A DNA stretch of 61,835 nucleotides, the filler included, from Stramenopiles sp. TOSAG23-3 (taxonomy: Eukaryota): NCBI GenBank assembly GCA_900128585.1. It is 4 parts of 4 records of this genome, joined end to end, with 100 filler letters (N's around TTAATTAATTAA, not from the genome) between each part and the next. Parts side by side here need not be neighbours in the genome. Positions count along the whole stretch, not along the records: positions 28,794 to 57,405 come from LT642244.1; 3 more parts are not named here. One strand, written 5' to 3'. Position 1 is the first letter of the stretch, and each line of letters opens with the position of its first letter. Made by a program: the position numbers and the translations under genes. The notes under the pieces were generated by a model. That model did no database searches. It was not told the origin of the DNA and was given only the letters and a program-made list of their open reading frames with translations. Shown here piece after piece: positions 40,750 through 51,399 of the stretch.

Positions 40750-41778
40750 CTACAACCCTTTGTTGAAAAACAGCTCTTTGATCGGCGAGCCGTCTGAATA
40801 TTTCAAATGATGAAACTCTGGTTCCAAGGCCTCCGTTGCCATGGAATCGTACTGCGGAAAAAGCCCAAGGGCCGGAGGCACGCAGAAAAAGAGATGCGCT
40901 CCGTACAGCACTGTCATGAAAGCAATGTTTACCCTTGTGTTTTTTTTCAGGATAGGAAAGATCTTTTCCGCCTGCAAAGCGATGACAGGCGGAAACACCA
41001 TGATGGGCGTGCACCAGGCAAAGCGCGCCAGAGAGCACTTTATGATGGAATTCCTTGCAGCTATTGGACTTTTCCCAACTTCGTTTTTGTCCCGGTCAAA
41101 CACGGAAATTCCTTCGTACAATTCGTCCCGACGGACTAAAGCCAAATTCAAACTCCCTGCAGACGCCACGGCAGCAAATGGCAGCCCGATTCGCAGCGCG
41201 TTGGCTACTGCACGGGGAAACCTGTCCGCTCGATTCGTCACAGCAGTCGCCACCAGGGCAATTCCGACAGAGGACGTTACCGCCCCCAGGTAGCCCTGGA
41301 ACACTTTCATGTTATCCTGGTCGTTCGACGCGTTTCTGTTCTCATAATTAACGCCGGCGTTGTAGCTCTGGTTCAGAATGTGCACCCCTATTGTCCTGGG
41401 CGCACTAGCAATCGTCGATGGGTGCAACATAAACGGCATGATCAGCAGATTGGCGGGTACAAAGAAGGAAAATCGGAAAAATGGATTCAGAGGCTTTTGG
41501 GTGTCAGGGTGCAGTATGCTGTCTGTCACAGAGCGTGCGTCCCACAACATGGAGTTCAGCACCGTCTTCGACACCGTCTTCAGTTCAGGATCGTTATCGA
41601 CAGTGCCCTCTCTGAACTTTTTCAACAGCGAAATGGACGACTCCAAGGTGGCCTTACTGGTCAAAAGGGTAAAAGGTGACGTAGTCTCGTAGAAGAACCG
41701 GGACCTTCCGAGGAAAGTCGACATGTCATACTTGCTGGCTGAAAAAGAGAACGATGGCAACTTCGTGCTGGTGTCCAT
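40750..41778 (-). CDS. SFXN: Sideroflexin (mitochondrial carrier, Mtc family)
   Basis: YDMSTFLGR, SILHPDT, FRFSFFVPAN, NQSYNAGVNYENRNAS, PFAAVA, PPALGLFPQ, C-terminal FNKGL. Confidence 0.93.
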   Translation of the reverse strand: MDTSTKLPSFSFSASKYDMSTFLGRSRFFYETTSPFTLLTSKATLESSISLLKKFREGTVDNDPELKTVSKTVLNSMLWDARSVTDSILHPDTQKPLNPFFRFSFFVPANLLIMPFMLHPSTIASAPRTIGVHILNQSYNAGVNYENRNASNDQDNMKVFQGYLGAVTSSVGIALVATAVTNRADRFPRAVANALRIGLPFAAVASAGSLNLALVRRDELYEGISVFDRDKNEVGKSPIAARNSIIKCSLARFAWCTPIMVFPPVIALQAEKIFPILKKNTRVNIAFMTVLYGAHLFFCVPPALGLFPQYDSMATEALEPEFHHLKYSDGSPIKELFFNKGL

Positions 41779-42134
41779 GGTTCCCCGCTGCTCACAAACA
41801 CGGCCAAATATGTTGATATTATTTCGTGGAACGATGCAGAACGGCAAACGGGAACGTCACCAGGGCAAACTTTCCAGAACTCAACAATGTCTGCAAAGAC
41901 TTTGATGAGATTCAGTCCATGCCTCATAATGAATGAATTTAGTTTTTTTGTTATGTAGTATATTGTACCCCCCCCACTTATTTCTTATTTCTCCCTGCTG
42001 CCGATCATCGATGATATCAGAGGATGGATGTGTTCAAGGTTGTTCTTCCGTTGTCGTCGTCTGCTATTGCCATATGATGGTAGTATTCAAAATTTGTTTT
42101 TGTTTGTGTGCTACACATATAATATACGTAGTCT

Positions 42135-42780
42135 TTACATAGCTAATATATGTACTTGAATTACGTATAATAAATAATAATTATTTAGAAGAATATGAAG
42201 CACGGTTGCGTGGTAAATGAATGAATCAATTCTCGCTTTCAATTTCATTTCCTGTTGGGTGTCCCACAAGTTTCTGTACCAGCCAGCCAAAACAATCCCG
42301 CTATTTGATTTGATTAGTTCAATCTTCATTAAATCGTCGTGCGTGCCTTCTTTGGCTCCCCCCCCTTGTCCATGACAATGATTAAATCCGATTGGCGGAT
42401 TGTGGTCAGCCTGTGCGCAATCGTAATCGAGCAACCTTTTCCGCGATCGTTCAGCATTTTGTAAATAGCGTTCTGGACAATGCGTTCATTTACGGCATCC
42501 AAAGCCGAAGTCGCCTCGTCCAACAGTAAAATATCTAGGCTACGAATTAGCGCACGTGCTATGCTCAATCTTTGTTTCTGAGCACCGGACAGATTATCGT
42601 CGTAAACTGTGTTCAATTTATCTTCGATATCTTTCCATATCGACGCTTTCTTGCATGCACGAATGATCTCTGAAACGGGCGGGGAACTCCGTTGTTTGTG
42701 CAACGATCGCTAACTTTTTTCTTAAATATCGAGGCTCGTACAACCTTTTCAATCTTTGCCCGTCGCAAAATGGAAAAAAA
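42135..42780 (-). pseudogene. Fragmented ABCB/MDR-type ABC ATPase C-terminal remnant
   Basis: LRKKLAIVAQ, LSGAQKQRLSIARAL, LLLDEATSALD, IAHRLTTI and EGTHDDLM..GWYRNLW are spread over different frames. No Walker A and no TMD. Confidence 0.8.
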
Positions 42781-42842
42781 AGATCTGTCAAAACCATTAG
42801 TATGAAACTTCCAAACAAGCATTTTGCTTTTCTCTCTCCTCT

Positions 42843-44024
42843 TTAACATTGTTTTTCAATTTCTTTCAAGACACTTTGGGACATCTTTATGAACTCCAAT
42901 TTTGCCATCCGATAATCGTCGTGATTACCGGCTTCTAGGCCTTCAAAAACGGATAATGCCTGGTGCATAACGATGCACTGTTCGAGCAGTTGCCAATCAT
43001 CGCTTTTTAAAACTTCACCAGATTTGCGATTTCTATTTCCGGTTCCCAGCGACCGTTGCCCTGCGACTAAGAAAGAGTACAGTTCCCCCACAAGTCCATC
43101 GATTTTATCATTTGATACAGTCCCAGACGACAAACGATCAACCGCTTTGATTTCTTCTACAGTGGTGCCCTCTGGCAGTTGCCCCGCGCACGAGGGCGCG
43201 ACCCTTATTTCACACTTGCTGGTTTGCCGACCAAGCCCAGGAAACAAAGCATTCTCTGAAGCGGCTTTTGGACCACCAAAGGGGACCAAGTTAGGCCATG
43301 CGTACGGGGCAGCGTTGGTCTTCCTCAACAAAATTTCTACCACCCCTGATCCTCTTGCACTATGTTTTTCCGGCATCAACGATGCTTCGACCATAAACCT
43401 AATCGCATCGGTCACAGTTTCTCTACTCGTTACCGAAGTCCAGCGCCAACCTTGAAAACCATTTGCGTCTATGAACTTGTCCATGTCTTGCGGTGATATG
43501 CACGACCGCCGTTCCGTCAGTTTATCCGCCTTGTGGGCCAAGACCACCGTCGGCAGGACAGGCCGCGGCAGTTCACTTAGCACTTTCCGGACTCTGGCAG
43601 ACCAAATGTCCAACTCCCTAAACGTCTTCGTATTCGTGGCATCAAAAAGAAAAAAAATGCTACTGGCATCAGTCAGTGCCATTTGAAGGCTCACGTTTTC
43701 ATTGTCGAAAATTTCTGCAGAACCAATGTCGTAAAAATGCAAATAGACTTGCCGCCCGGCGATTACCCCGTGGGGTACGATCGTCAGCTCGATGCCAACC
43801 GTTTGCATATAGTCTATCGTGACGGGATACTCGGCAAAATACTTTACAAACGTACTTTTTCCTACTTGAGGACCGCCGACAAGTACTATCTTAAATATAA
43901 GCTCCGACTGTACAGGGACCGGGTCGTTGCTCGGGATGTCCGAGACGGAACGAAGCCTGCTTCTCCACCCTCGCTTCCACTCCGACGCCCCCGACTCGTC
44001 GTCCTGCTTCAACGATGACGCCAT
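42843..44024 (-). CDS. Atypical Rab-like (Rab32/38/29-like) small GTPase with C-terminal extension
   Basis: FKIVLVGGPQVGKST, TVGIE, LHFYDIGSAE, LAHKAD, GWRWTSV. Confidence 0.75.
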   Translation of the reverse strand: MASSLKQDDESGASEWKRGWRSRLRSVSDIPSNDPVPVQSELIFKIVLVGGPQVGKSTFVKYFAEYPVTIDYMQTVGIELTIVPHGVIAGRQVYLHFYDIGSAEIFDNENVSLQMALTDASSIFFLFDATNTKTFRELDIWSARVRKVLSELPRPVLPTVVLAHKADKLTERRSCISPQDMDKFIDANGFQGWRWTSVTSRETVTDAIRFMVEASLMPEKHSARGSGVVEILLRKTNAAPYAWPNLVPFGGPKAASENALFPGLGRQTSKCEIRVAPSCAGQLPEGTTVEEIKAVDRLSSGTVSNDKIDGLVGELYSFLVAGQRSLGTGNRNRKSGEVLKSDDWQLLEQCIVMHQALSVFEGLEAGNHDDYRMAKLEFIKMSQSVLKEIEKQC

Positions 44025-44307
44025 GACCCGCCCCCCCAATAACCTAACAACACCAAACGGCTTTATAACTACAACTGTACAAAATAATGAACACTTGAAA
44101 CGATTCCATGAGAACAAAGAGGATAGGGATTAATAATAGTTGAACGATAAACACTTTCCCCTTTTTTTCTACTCAGACAGTACTTGGTATAGTATTTAAT
44201 TTTTTTATTTGAAGAGAAGAGTATTATTAGACGACTACCAAGTATTATTATTATAATAAGTCCGGGAGGACGGACTATGTGATGAGTGGACTGATGATGA
44301 GGTCATC

Positions 44308-44605
44308 AGAAGAAAGAAGAAGAAGAAGAAAGGAAAAAAAAGAAAAAAAAAGAAGAAGGAAAAAAAGAAGAAAGAAGAAGGAAAAAAGAAGAAGTATTTA
44401 ATAAAATATAATACGTAGACCTTAGAGAGACATTTTAAAACCTACGAGTACTACTAAATAAGAAGAAGAAGAAGAAAAGAAGAAATAATAATAATAATAA
44501 TAAGAAGAAGAAGAAGAAGAAGAAGAAGAAAAGAAGAATGATGATTGATGAAGAAGAATGATGAATGATGAAGAAGAAAAAAAAAAAGAAGAAGAAGAAG
44601 AAAAA
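44308..44605. repeat. (GAA)n/(TAA)n/(TGA)n microsatellite tract; similar tracts at 38626-38740 and 61610-61750
   Basis: Directly visible purine-rich simple repeats in upstream spacers. Confidence 0.85.
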
Positions 44606-44813
44606 AACATCTCTCCGCTCCTCCTCCGATCCCTCTCGTTGAAAAAATAATAATGTTTTTTTTATAGATATTAGTCTTACATATATATATGTATATTGTC
44701 AAATTGAAACTGAACCAAACCGTTGGTATTGTCAATCGCTTCTCTACCCAGGAAGCCGTGGACGCACACTTGCCTTGAGTTTGTCCCCAAAGTGCCGCCC
44801 TTGCGAGAACGCC

Positions 44814-46103
44814 ATGAGCACTTTCTCTACGGCAGGGGCGACAATTGACTTGGTGCCGCCTCCGGAGTTGTGCGACCCATACGACATGACCAAGTACTCT
44901 ATTATAGAGAGAATTGGAGAGGGAACTTTCAGTGTTGTATATCGTGCGAAGCGAAATGTCACGAATGCAACAAAGAGTGTTTGCGATCTTGAGGGCGTAG
45001 ACCCTGGGGTTGTTGCGCTCAAGTGTATCCATCCAAACTCTAGCCCGACAAGAATTCTGAACGAGCTGCAGCACTTGAAAATTCTCAGCGGACAGAACAG
45101 CGTCCTTCCGTTGCTCGGGGGGTTTCGCGCAAGGTGCGGTTTTATAGTCATTTTGCCCTACTTTGAACACGATGATTTCAAATGGTACTTGCCGCGCTTG
45201 TCCACGGCCATGCTGCAGTGTTACCTGAAAGGTTTGTTCTTAGCCCTGGCCCACGTTGCGAACCATGGGATAATTCACAGGGACATCAAGCCCAGAAATT
45301 ACCTTTTTTCGATGGAGAAGCGGCAAGGGCTTTTGATCGACTTTGGTCTCGCTCAGGGCCCATCGGAGTGGCAGCCCATCTTCGAAGCAAAAGGGATCGC
45401 TTGGGACGGTTCAAAATTAGTAAGCAGTAGCAGACGAAGCAGTACGTCTCGCAAGAGCAGGTCTGACAAGAAACGGTCCACTGCCTCGTCCGCCGACCAC
45501 GACGCGGAGAACGTTGCCCCGAAGCTCAAGAGAAAGCGTTCTATGGGAAGAGGGATTACCAGCAGCGGCGCAGTCGACAGCGGAGCGGCCAGTAACAGCA
45601 ACAAGCCGCCGGCGCGCGTCCGGGCGGAGCGGGCCGGGACGCCCGGGTTTCGTGCTCCAGAGGTCCTGTTCATGTCGCTGGAGCAGACACCCGCGATCGA
45701 CATGTGGTCTGCTGGAGTTATCATGCTGTCGCTGCTCTCCTCTCGTTACCCTATTTTCCCGAAACCAGAAAGGGGCCCTATCAGTAGCGATGCACAGGCG
45801 ATTGCCCAAATAGAGGCATTGCTGGGGCGCGACGCACTAGAGCGGGCAGCCCGCGCGTGCCACAAAGATTTGATCGAAACCCCTGGGGACAGAAACCCAA
45901 TTTCACCACCGTCTTTGAAAGATTTGTGCGAACAGGGTCGAAAAGTTTTTTTTGACGCAATTTTGAAGAAGCAACCGAACCACAGCCCGCTAGATAAATT
46001 CCCCGATTCTGTGTACGATCTATTGCACAGATGCCTTGAAGTAGAACCAGAGCGGCGCATTTCTGCGAAAGACGCCCTCTCCCACAGTTTTTTCTCGGTG
46101 TAG
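44814..46103 (+). CDS. CDC7: Cell division cycle 7 kinase
   Basis: IGEGTFSVVY, VALK..SSPTRILNEL, PYFEHDDF, HRDIKPRNYL, IDFGLAQ followed by a kinase insert, then RAGTPGFRAPEVL. Confidence 0.92.
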   Translation: MSTFSTAGATIDLVPPPELCDPYDMTKYSIIERIGEGTFSVVYRAKRNVTNATKSVCDLEGVDPGVVALKCIHPNSSPTRILNELQHLKILSGQNSVLPLLGGFRARCGFIVILPYFEHDDFKWYLPRLSTAMLQCYLKGLFLALAHVANHGIIHRDIKPRNYLFSMEKRQGLLIDFGLAQGPSEWQPIFEAKGIAWDGSKLVSSSRRSSTSRKSRSDKKRSTASSADHDAENVAPKLKRKRSMGRGITSSGAVDSGAASNSNKPPARVRAERAGTPGFRAPEVLFMSLEQTPAIDMWSAGVIMLSLLSSRYPIFPKPERGPISSDAQAIAQIEALLGRDALERAARACHKDLIETPGDRNPISPPSLKDLCEQGRKVFFDAILKKQPNHSPLDKFPDSVYDLLHRCLEVEPERRISAKDALSHSFFSV

Positions 46104-46114
46104 TCTTTTGAATT

Positions 46115-46272
46115 AAAAACAAAAAATTGGTGGTTAACTTATCATAACAGCCAATTTTTTGTTTTTATGATAAGTTAATTAAAATTTATCGTCTTCATGT
46201 AACATGCGAACTTTTTAAATGCGAACTTATCTCTCTGCTTTTAATCTAACAAGAAAATTGGCTGTTATTTAA
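46115..46272. repeat. Family A repeat, inverted degenerate pair (46115-46166) plus exact copy (46248-46272)
   Basis: AAAAACAAAAAATTGGTGGTTA...TAACAGCCAATTTTTTGTTTTT; AACAAGAAAATTGGCTGTTATTTAA. Confidence 0.88.
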
Positions 46273-46430
46273 TCTTAATTTTTCTTATAAAGAATTACGA
46301 AGTACAACAAGTAAGAGCTTAACATGTGTGATTGTTTTTACGAAAACTTTCTCTTTTGATGCGGTGTGTGTTATTTTTACTTTATACGCGCCCGCCAAAC
46401 CCCTCTCCATCTGTCATACCTCGAATCTTC

Positions 46431-48068
46431 CTATTTAAATTTTTTCTGCGCAGCTTTCCATTCTTTGGAATTTGTCGTTTCCTCAGCACTACCGGGCACA
46501 GCAGCAATGTACCGCGAAACATTTGCAAACAGCCTTTTCCGGCGATGGTACACCAGGCCGATGGCTGACACACAAAAAGTAGACAACAGAGCCCACCACA
46601 ATAAAAACCCAATGACCGGGCGAAAAATTCTTCCAGTAAAGACCTGACTCGACGACACACCAACCAACCACTGCATGATTTGCTTGGTTTCCGCGTCGTC
46701 TTGGTTCAAAAGCAGGCCCAGCAGGCCCTTGTCAACCGCTGGCGCTGGCTTTGGAACGTCGGTGATTTCCCAGCCCACTTTCGACAGCCCACTTCGCACA
46801 ACCGCGCAGACTTCAGTGTTGTGCTCACCTTTCTTTTGCAAGAGCACACTTGACGTAAAAACAAACACTACGGGCCCTAAATATTGCACACCCACAACGC
46901 ACGTACGGAGAAATATTTGCTGGATGCCATATTGAACGCGGTTGATCATGGCATCATCAATGTTACTAACAGAATTTAGGACGTACTGCACCTGGACCAT
47001 TGCATCACTTAAATGCACCTGCAGAATCGTTCGAAGAATACACAAAGAGAGCAATGCGTACGCCATCACAACCAAGATTCTTCCCCCATTGTACATGGAC
47101 TCGTTTACGAAGTATTTCCCTGGAGGAAACGGGCTGCAATCACGAATCAGGAGGTCCTTCTCGCACTCCATCAAATTCGGCGATAGTACAAAGTCCGACG
47201 TTAGCGGGGGAATCCACAGCAACGCCAGGAACAAAGGGGCAAAGAAGTTCACATTCAACAAGAAGCTTTTGCAAGCCCCCACGTTTTCCGATTCCACTAG
47301 TTTGTTAAAATACCCAGTTATGCGCAACATGGGGATAATGCTAGCGGAAGTGATTAGCCCAGCTGCAATGGCCAACGGAAGCCTAAACATTTCAGCGTCA
47401 ATGCCCTCGTCCGCCTTCGTGGATGGGGTGCCGACCGCCGCCGTCAAGTTTTTCCACCTCCTGTTGAAGTCTGGCATTGCCAAGGCGAGGCGAAAGTCAA
47501 GCATGTCTGCTTGCATAAGCAGACACACGTATGCTACCACCCCACCAACGATACCGGCGAAAAAGGTTGTGCGCACATCAAACTTGCTGATTCCCCGCAA
47601 ATAGAGAAGTTTCAAGTTCAGGTATACCGCTGACGCGCCAGCGTACGCGAGCAAGATATTTCCGAGATCGAAAGTCATCGTTCCCGGTGCCAGGCAGTTC
47701 CACGTCACGGCGACCAGATTAACAAATATGGACTGCAGGGTCAACTGAAGGAGCCAAGAAAATTCATCAAGAAAAATCATGTGCTTCTGGTAATTGTAAA
47801 GGTCCTCATCGTCAATTTGTTCCTGAATTATCGGAAATCCGTGACGGCGTGAGCTGACAAACTTTGGCTGCTTTGCCTTCTTTTTTGGGTTCGGCTTTCT
47901 TTTGTGCTCCTTCGGAAGTATACCTTGAAAGCTTCCAGTGGACGGCGGCAAATAGTACACCAAACCTTTCAAAAGAGCCCGCGCAGGATCCCAAACTAAG
48001 GTGCAAAACTTTATCGAAATGTAAAGCGTCAAAAGTTGAGCAACAGTAGAATAAGCGATTATAGGCAT
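46431..48068 (-). CDS. TMEM161: TMEM161-family multi-pass membrane protein
   Basis: LLKGLVYYLPPS, LNVNFFAPLFLALLWIPPL, CVVGVQYLGP, FLLWW, GLVYHR. Confidence 0.75.
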   Translation of the reverse strand: MPIIAYSTVAQLLTLYISIKFCTLVWDPARALLKGLVYYLPPSTGSFQGILPKEHKRKPNPKKKAKQPKFVSSRRHGFPIIQEQIDDEDLYNYQKHMIFLDEFSWLLQLTLQSIFVNLVAVTWNCLAPGTMTFDLGNILLAYAGASAVYLNLKLLYLRGISKFDVRTTFFAGIVGGVVAYVCLLMQADMLDFRLALAMPDFNRRWKNLTAAVGTPSTKADEGIDAEMFRLPLAIAAGLITSASIIPMLRITGYFNKLVESENVGACKSFLLNVNFFAPLFLALLWIPPLTSDFVLSPNLMECEKDLLIRDCSPFPPGKYFVNESMYNGGRILVVMAYALLSLCILRTILQVHLSDAMVQVQYVLNSVSNIDDAMINRVQYGIQQIFLRTCVVGVQYLGPVVFVFTSSVLLQKKGEHNTEVCAVVRSGLSKVGWEITDVPKPAPAVDKGLLGLLLNQDDAETKQIMQWLVGVSSSQVFTGRIFRPVIGFLLWWALLSTFCVSAIGLVYHRRKRLFANVSRYIAAVPGSAEETTNSKEWKAAQKKFK

Positions 48069-48897
48069 TTGTGCGCCTTGGATTTCCAATAAAAAGTAGA
48101 GGCGGTTGAATTGAAAACGCTTTGGTATTTTGAGAAGTTCGATTAGATACTCTATAAACAATGATAATTTTATCTTTCCTTTTATTCCAAAATAACCAAT
48201 ATGTTGTCGTCTCATTTTCTTAATTTACTAACTATTACAATTTTCCATGCAATGACGGACTCGTTTCTTTCTTACCGTTATAATGTACATTATTACATCT
48301 TCGACTACTATTTAAATTAAAAGAAGACGACTCTTCTCGTCCGTCCATCCCCTCCCTCCTCTAATTCATCCACCACCTCCTTCAATTTTAAATGCACCTT
48401 ACTGTGTTCCTACTATTACGGTACGATACGATATTAATAATACTGATAAAAATAATTCCTCCAGCTCCGGTATTGTAATTTAAATAGCCTACGAGGACTA
48501 CCGTACCGTACCGTACGAGTAGAAGAGGACTTCTATTATTATATACCTCCTCGTAGGTAGCTCTACGAGGATACGAGGACCGGTATAAATAATTAGACCG
48601 ATTCAATTTTTTAAACAGTTGCAGTGAGTGGAGTGAGTGGTGAGAGTGTATTAGGACTCTATTAAAAATAAAATATTTATTTTTAATTTTTAATTTTATA
48701 AATAGTCTGGATGGTTCCATTTGGTTGTTGTTGTTGTTGTTTTATTATTATTATTAGAATTAATATTGATTTTTTTTTAGACACCATTCACCAGAATGTA
48801 CGAGGCAACATTGTTCACGTGGTTTGGAAGAAGGTCAATTAAATTAATTAAATTAGAGAACATTCTAATTTTTTTAGTTAAATAATAGATTGCCTTC

Positions 48898-50787
48898 TCA
48901 CCGCCGTCTTCTTTTTGCAACGTCCCAGCCACCGAATTCTCCTCCAGCCCCACCGTGTGGACCACCACCGCGCTGGCCGCGATTCCCATACTGTCGCCCG
49001 CCTCTCCGTCCCTGGTTTCCACGCTTCGTCTTTTGGTATCTAGGACCTTTCGTACGAGAACTGCTCACCAAATAATCCACCCAGGCTTGGGCCCCTTTCG
49101 CACCGAGCTTGTCTTTGAATCCTTCTGTGCAACCAATGGTTTCAAAGTAGACCTTCCAATCGCCTCCTGCGCGCTCTTCCAGCGCTGCTTTGCGCGTCTG
49201 CCAGGACTTGAACAATTCGTCTAAGGTCTCCGGGTCGATCCCTAAGGAACGGTCCAGCCGTTCCGTCGCTGCGGCTACGGACCCTTTCACCACAAGTCGA
49301 AGGACCAGCGTTTGGAACGCGAGCAAGTTCCGGGACACCGCTGTCTTACTGTACACCGCCCGTTGCGGGTATCGCCCGTTCTCACAACGCACCGAGTCTT
49401 GCCACCACATGACTGAGCGCACGAAACTCTCGTCCACGTACGCGTCCACAAAGGTGGCAATGGCTGCAGGCACGGTCGCGGTGAACAGCGCAAGCGTTTG
49501 GCCAACATCGGGGCAGACGTCCTTGTGCCGCTGACTCTCGGCTCCAATAAAATCCTTGACCACATTTCGGGCAGCGCTGCCGATGCCAGGCTCGGTCCCA
49601 CCAGCGTCCGTGTCTACCACCCAGACTAGCGTCCGCCACAACGAACAGAAGGCTTCGAAATAGCGAATGCTCTCGACCTTGCTCCCGTTCATCATCTCGA
49701 CCAAGAGCATGTTCATCAACTTCGGTACTACAACGAGGGCTGGGTACCTAGCTTTTGGTGCTTTCGCACGAGCCTGTGCCTCATTCAAAGCGCGCACGCT
49801 GTCTTTGAAAGTCTTGACCCATGACGTTTTTTCGTTGGCATGCTCTGGGTTAATAAATGCTGGGAAAAAATGGGTAAACGGACTCTTTTTTGAAGTCTGC
49901 CGAAGCCCCCCGCGGAACGCGTCGATGGACAGCAATTCGGCGTGGCAGGTCAGATTTTTGCCTTTCACGCTCACGCCGTATCCCAGTGTGGTCTCTGTAT
50001 GGTTGTCCCCGGAGAAGTAGCATTTAATGTTGTCGTTGACAGCACATGCCGCTACTTTGCGCTCCACTGTTCCCTCCTCTAAAGGGGCGAGCGTTTCCGC
50101 GAGCAATAGACGCAGCGTCGTCTGTTGGTCAGGGTTCAAGGTGCCACAGAATTCGTCCCACTTCCCTTTCACCTCACCTGACAACATGCTGTCTAATGCA
50201 CGGTCGACCTTTTGCATCTTTAAACTCTGTTGGAGCTCCACAGCCGTGTTCACCGCTGGCCACGGCCGTTCGCCAGAATGGGCAATGCCATCGTCGACGA
50301 GGCATGTGCACGCCATCGCACGCCGGTACAAATCCAACCGAGAGGATTCGTCCATGGACGCGTTCAAGTCTAGCAGAACGGACTGGAGCTGGACGAGCAC
50401 CGAGGCGACGCTCATGCCCGGACTCCATCCCTCACCTTCTTGCCCGCTCCATTCGGTGTGGATGTCTGCGAAATTACCTAGGATGTTCAAGCAGAGGACC
50501 ATAAGGCCGTCTTCGTCTATGTCGGTTGCCCCCATATTGTAAGGGAACGGTGTGCAAAAACCTACAGATGGCGGGCTCGACGGGTAGTCTGGCTTGAACG
50601 ACATGATGAAGTGCAGAGGTACCGCCACCATTCCTTTCCCTGGCACGTCCAAAGTTATAGCTAAATTTCCGTGCCATTTCAAAAAGTTGCTCGGGGAGGG
50701 CATGGCGTTGGCCCCGGGCAATGGACTGGCTAACAGGGCCCTGTGGTCCTTCAGCAAACGCTTCATTGCTACTGTTTGTTGACTCAT
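48898..50787 (-). CDS. Ubiquitin-conjugating (E2/UBC) domain protein with large C-terminal domain and RGG tail
   Basis: AMKRLLKD, WHGN, FKPDYPSSPP, LCLNIL (Cys at 50491-50493), GWSPGMSVASVLVQLQS. Confidence 0.82.
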   Translation of the reverse strand: MSQQTVAMKRLLKDHRALLASPLPGANAMPSPSNFLKWHGNLAITLDVPGKGMVAVPLHFIMSFKPDYPSSPPSVGFCTPFPYNMGATDIDEDGLMVLCLNILGNFADIHTEWSGQEGEGWSPGMSVASVLVQLQSVLLDLNASMDESSRLDLYRRAMACTCLVDDGIAHSGERPWPAVNTAVELQQSLKMQKVDRALDSMLSGEVKGKWDEFCGTLNPDQQTTLRLLLAETLAPLEEGTVERKVAACAVNDNIKCYFSGDNHTETTLGYGVSVKGKNLTCHAELLSIDAFRGGLRQTSKKSPFTHFFPAFINPEHANEKTSWVKTFKDSVRALNEAQARAKAPKARYPALVVVPKLMNMLLVEMMNGSKVESIRYFEAFCSLWRTLVWVVDTDAGGTEPGIGSAARNVVKDFIGAESQRHKDVCPDVGQTLALFTATVPAAIATFVDAYVDESFVRSVMWWQDSVRCENGRYPQRAVYSKTAVSRNLLAFQTLVLRLVVKGSVAAATERLDRSLGIDPETLDELFKSWQTRKAALEERAGGDWKVYFETIGCTEGFKDKLGAKGAQAWVDYLVSSSRTKGPRYQKTKRGNQGRRGGRQYGNRGQRGGGPHGGAGGEFGGWDVAKRRRR

Positions 50788-51399
50788 TTTGTTTAGAGGG
50801 AATTGGGCGAAGAATGGAGGGGCTGAATGCGAATGTGTGGGTTGGACTATTTCTATTTTAACGTATTTGGGTTGGCACGTTTATGTTTATCTTTTGTTAA
50901 GCAGGTTTTTGATTATTGTTTTGTTTTCAAAATATACATATAAAGGCTTTCCATTTTCATTCTCTATTGTGAAACGGAGCTGTTACGGGAGAAGAAGAAA
51001 AACTGAAAAGGTGGTGAATAATGAAATCATTCACGCACATCATCATCACCACCACATCTCTTCTTCTTTTACTTTTATTCCATGTTGTATTGCTGTATTA
51101 TTAAAATATAATAATCATCATCTTTTTCATTTTTTTTCTTTTTTTTTGTTGTTGTTTGAAGTTGTTTCTTTCTTTCTTTTTCTCGTTCTTAATTGTCTTA
51201 CACTGTTAGTTAGTCGCCCAGTATATTTTAAAACGATGCTCTGTAGGTACTAATATCGAAACCTTTGTAGACCTGTACTTTAAGAAGAACGAAAAAGAAA
51301 TTTCTTCTTCTTTCTAACCCTATATTACTTATATTATAGATCGAAAACAATATTATAATTAAAAAAAAATGCAGACGTATTTCATGAACATATCATAAT

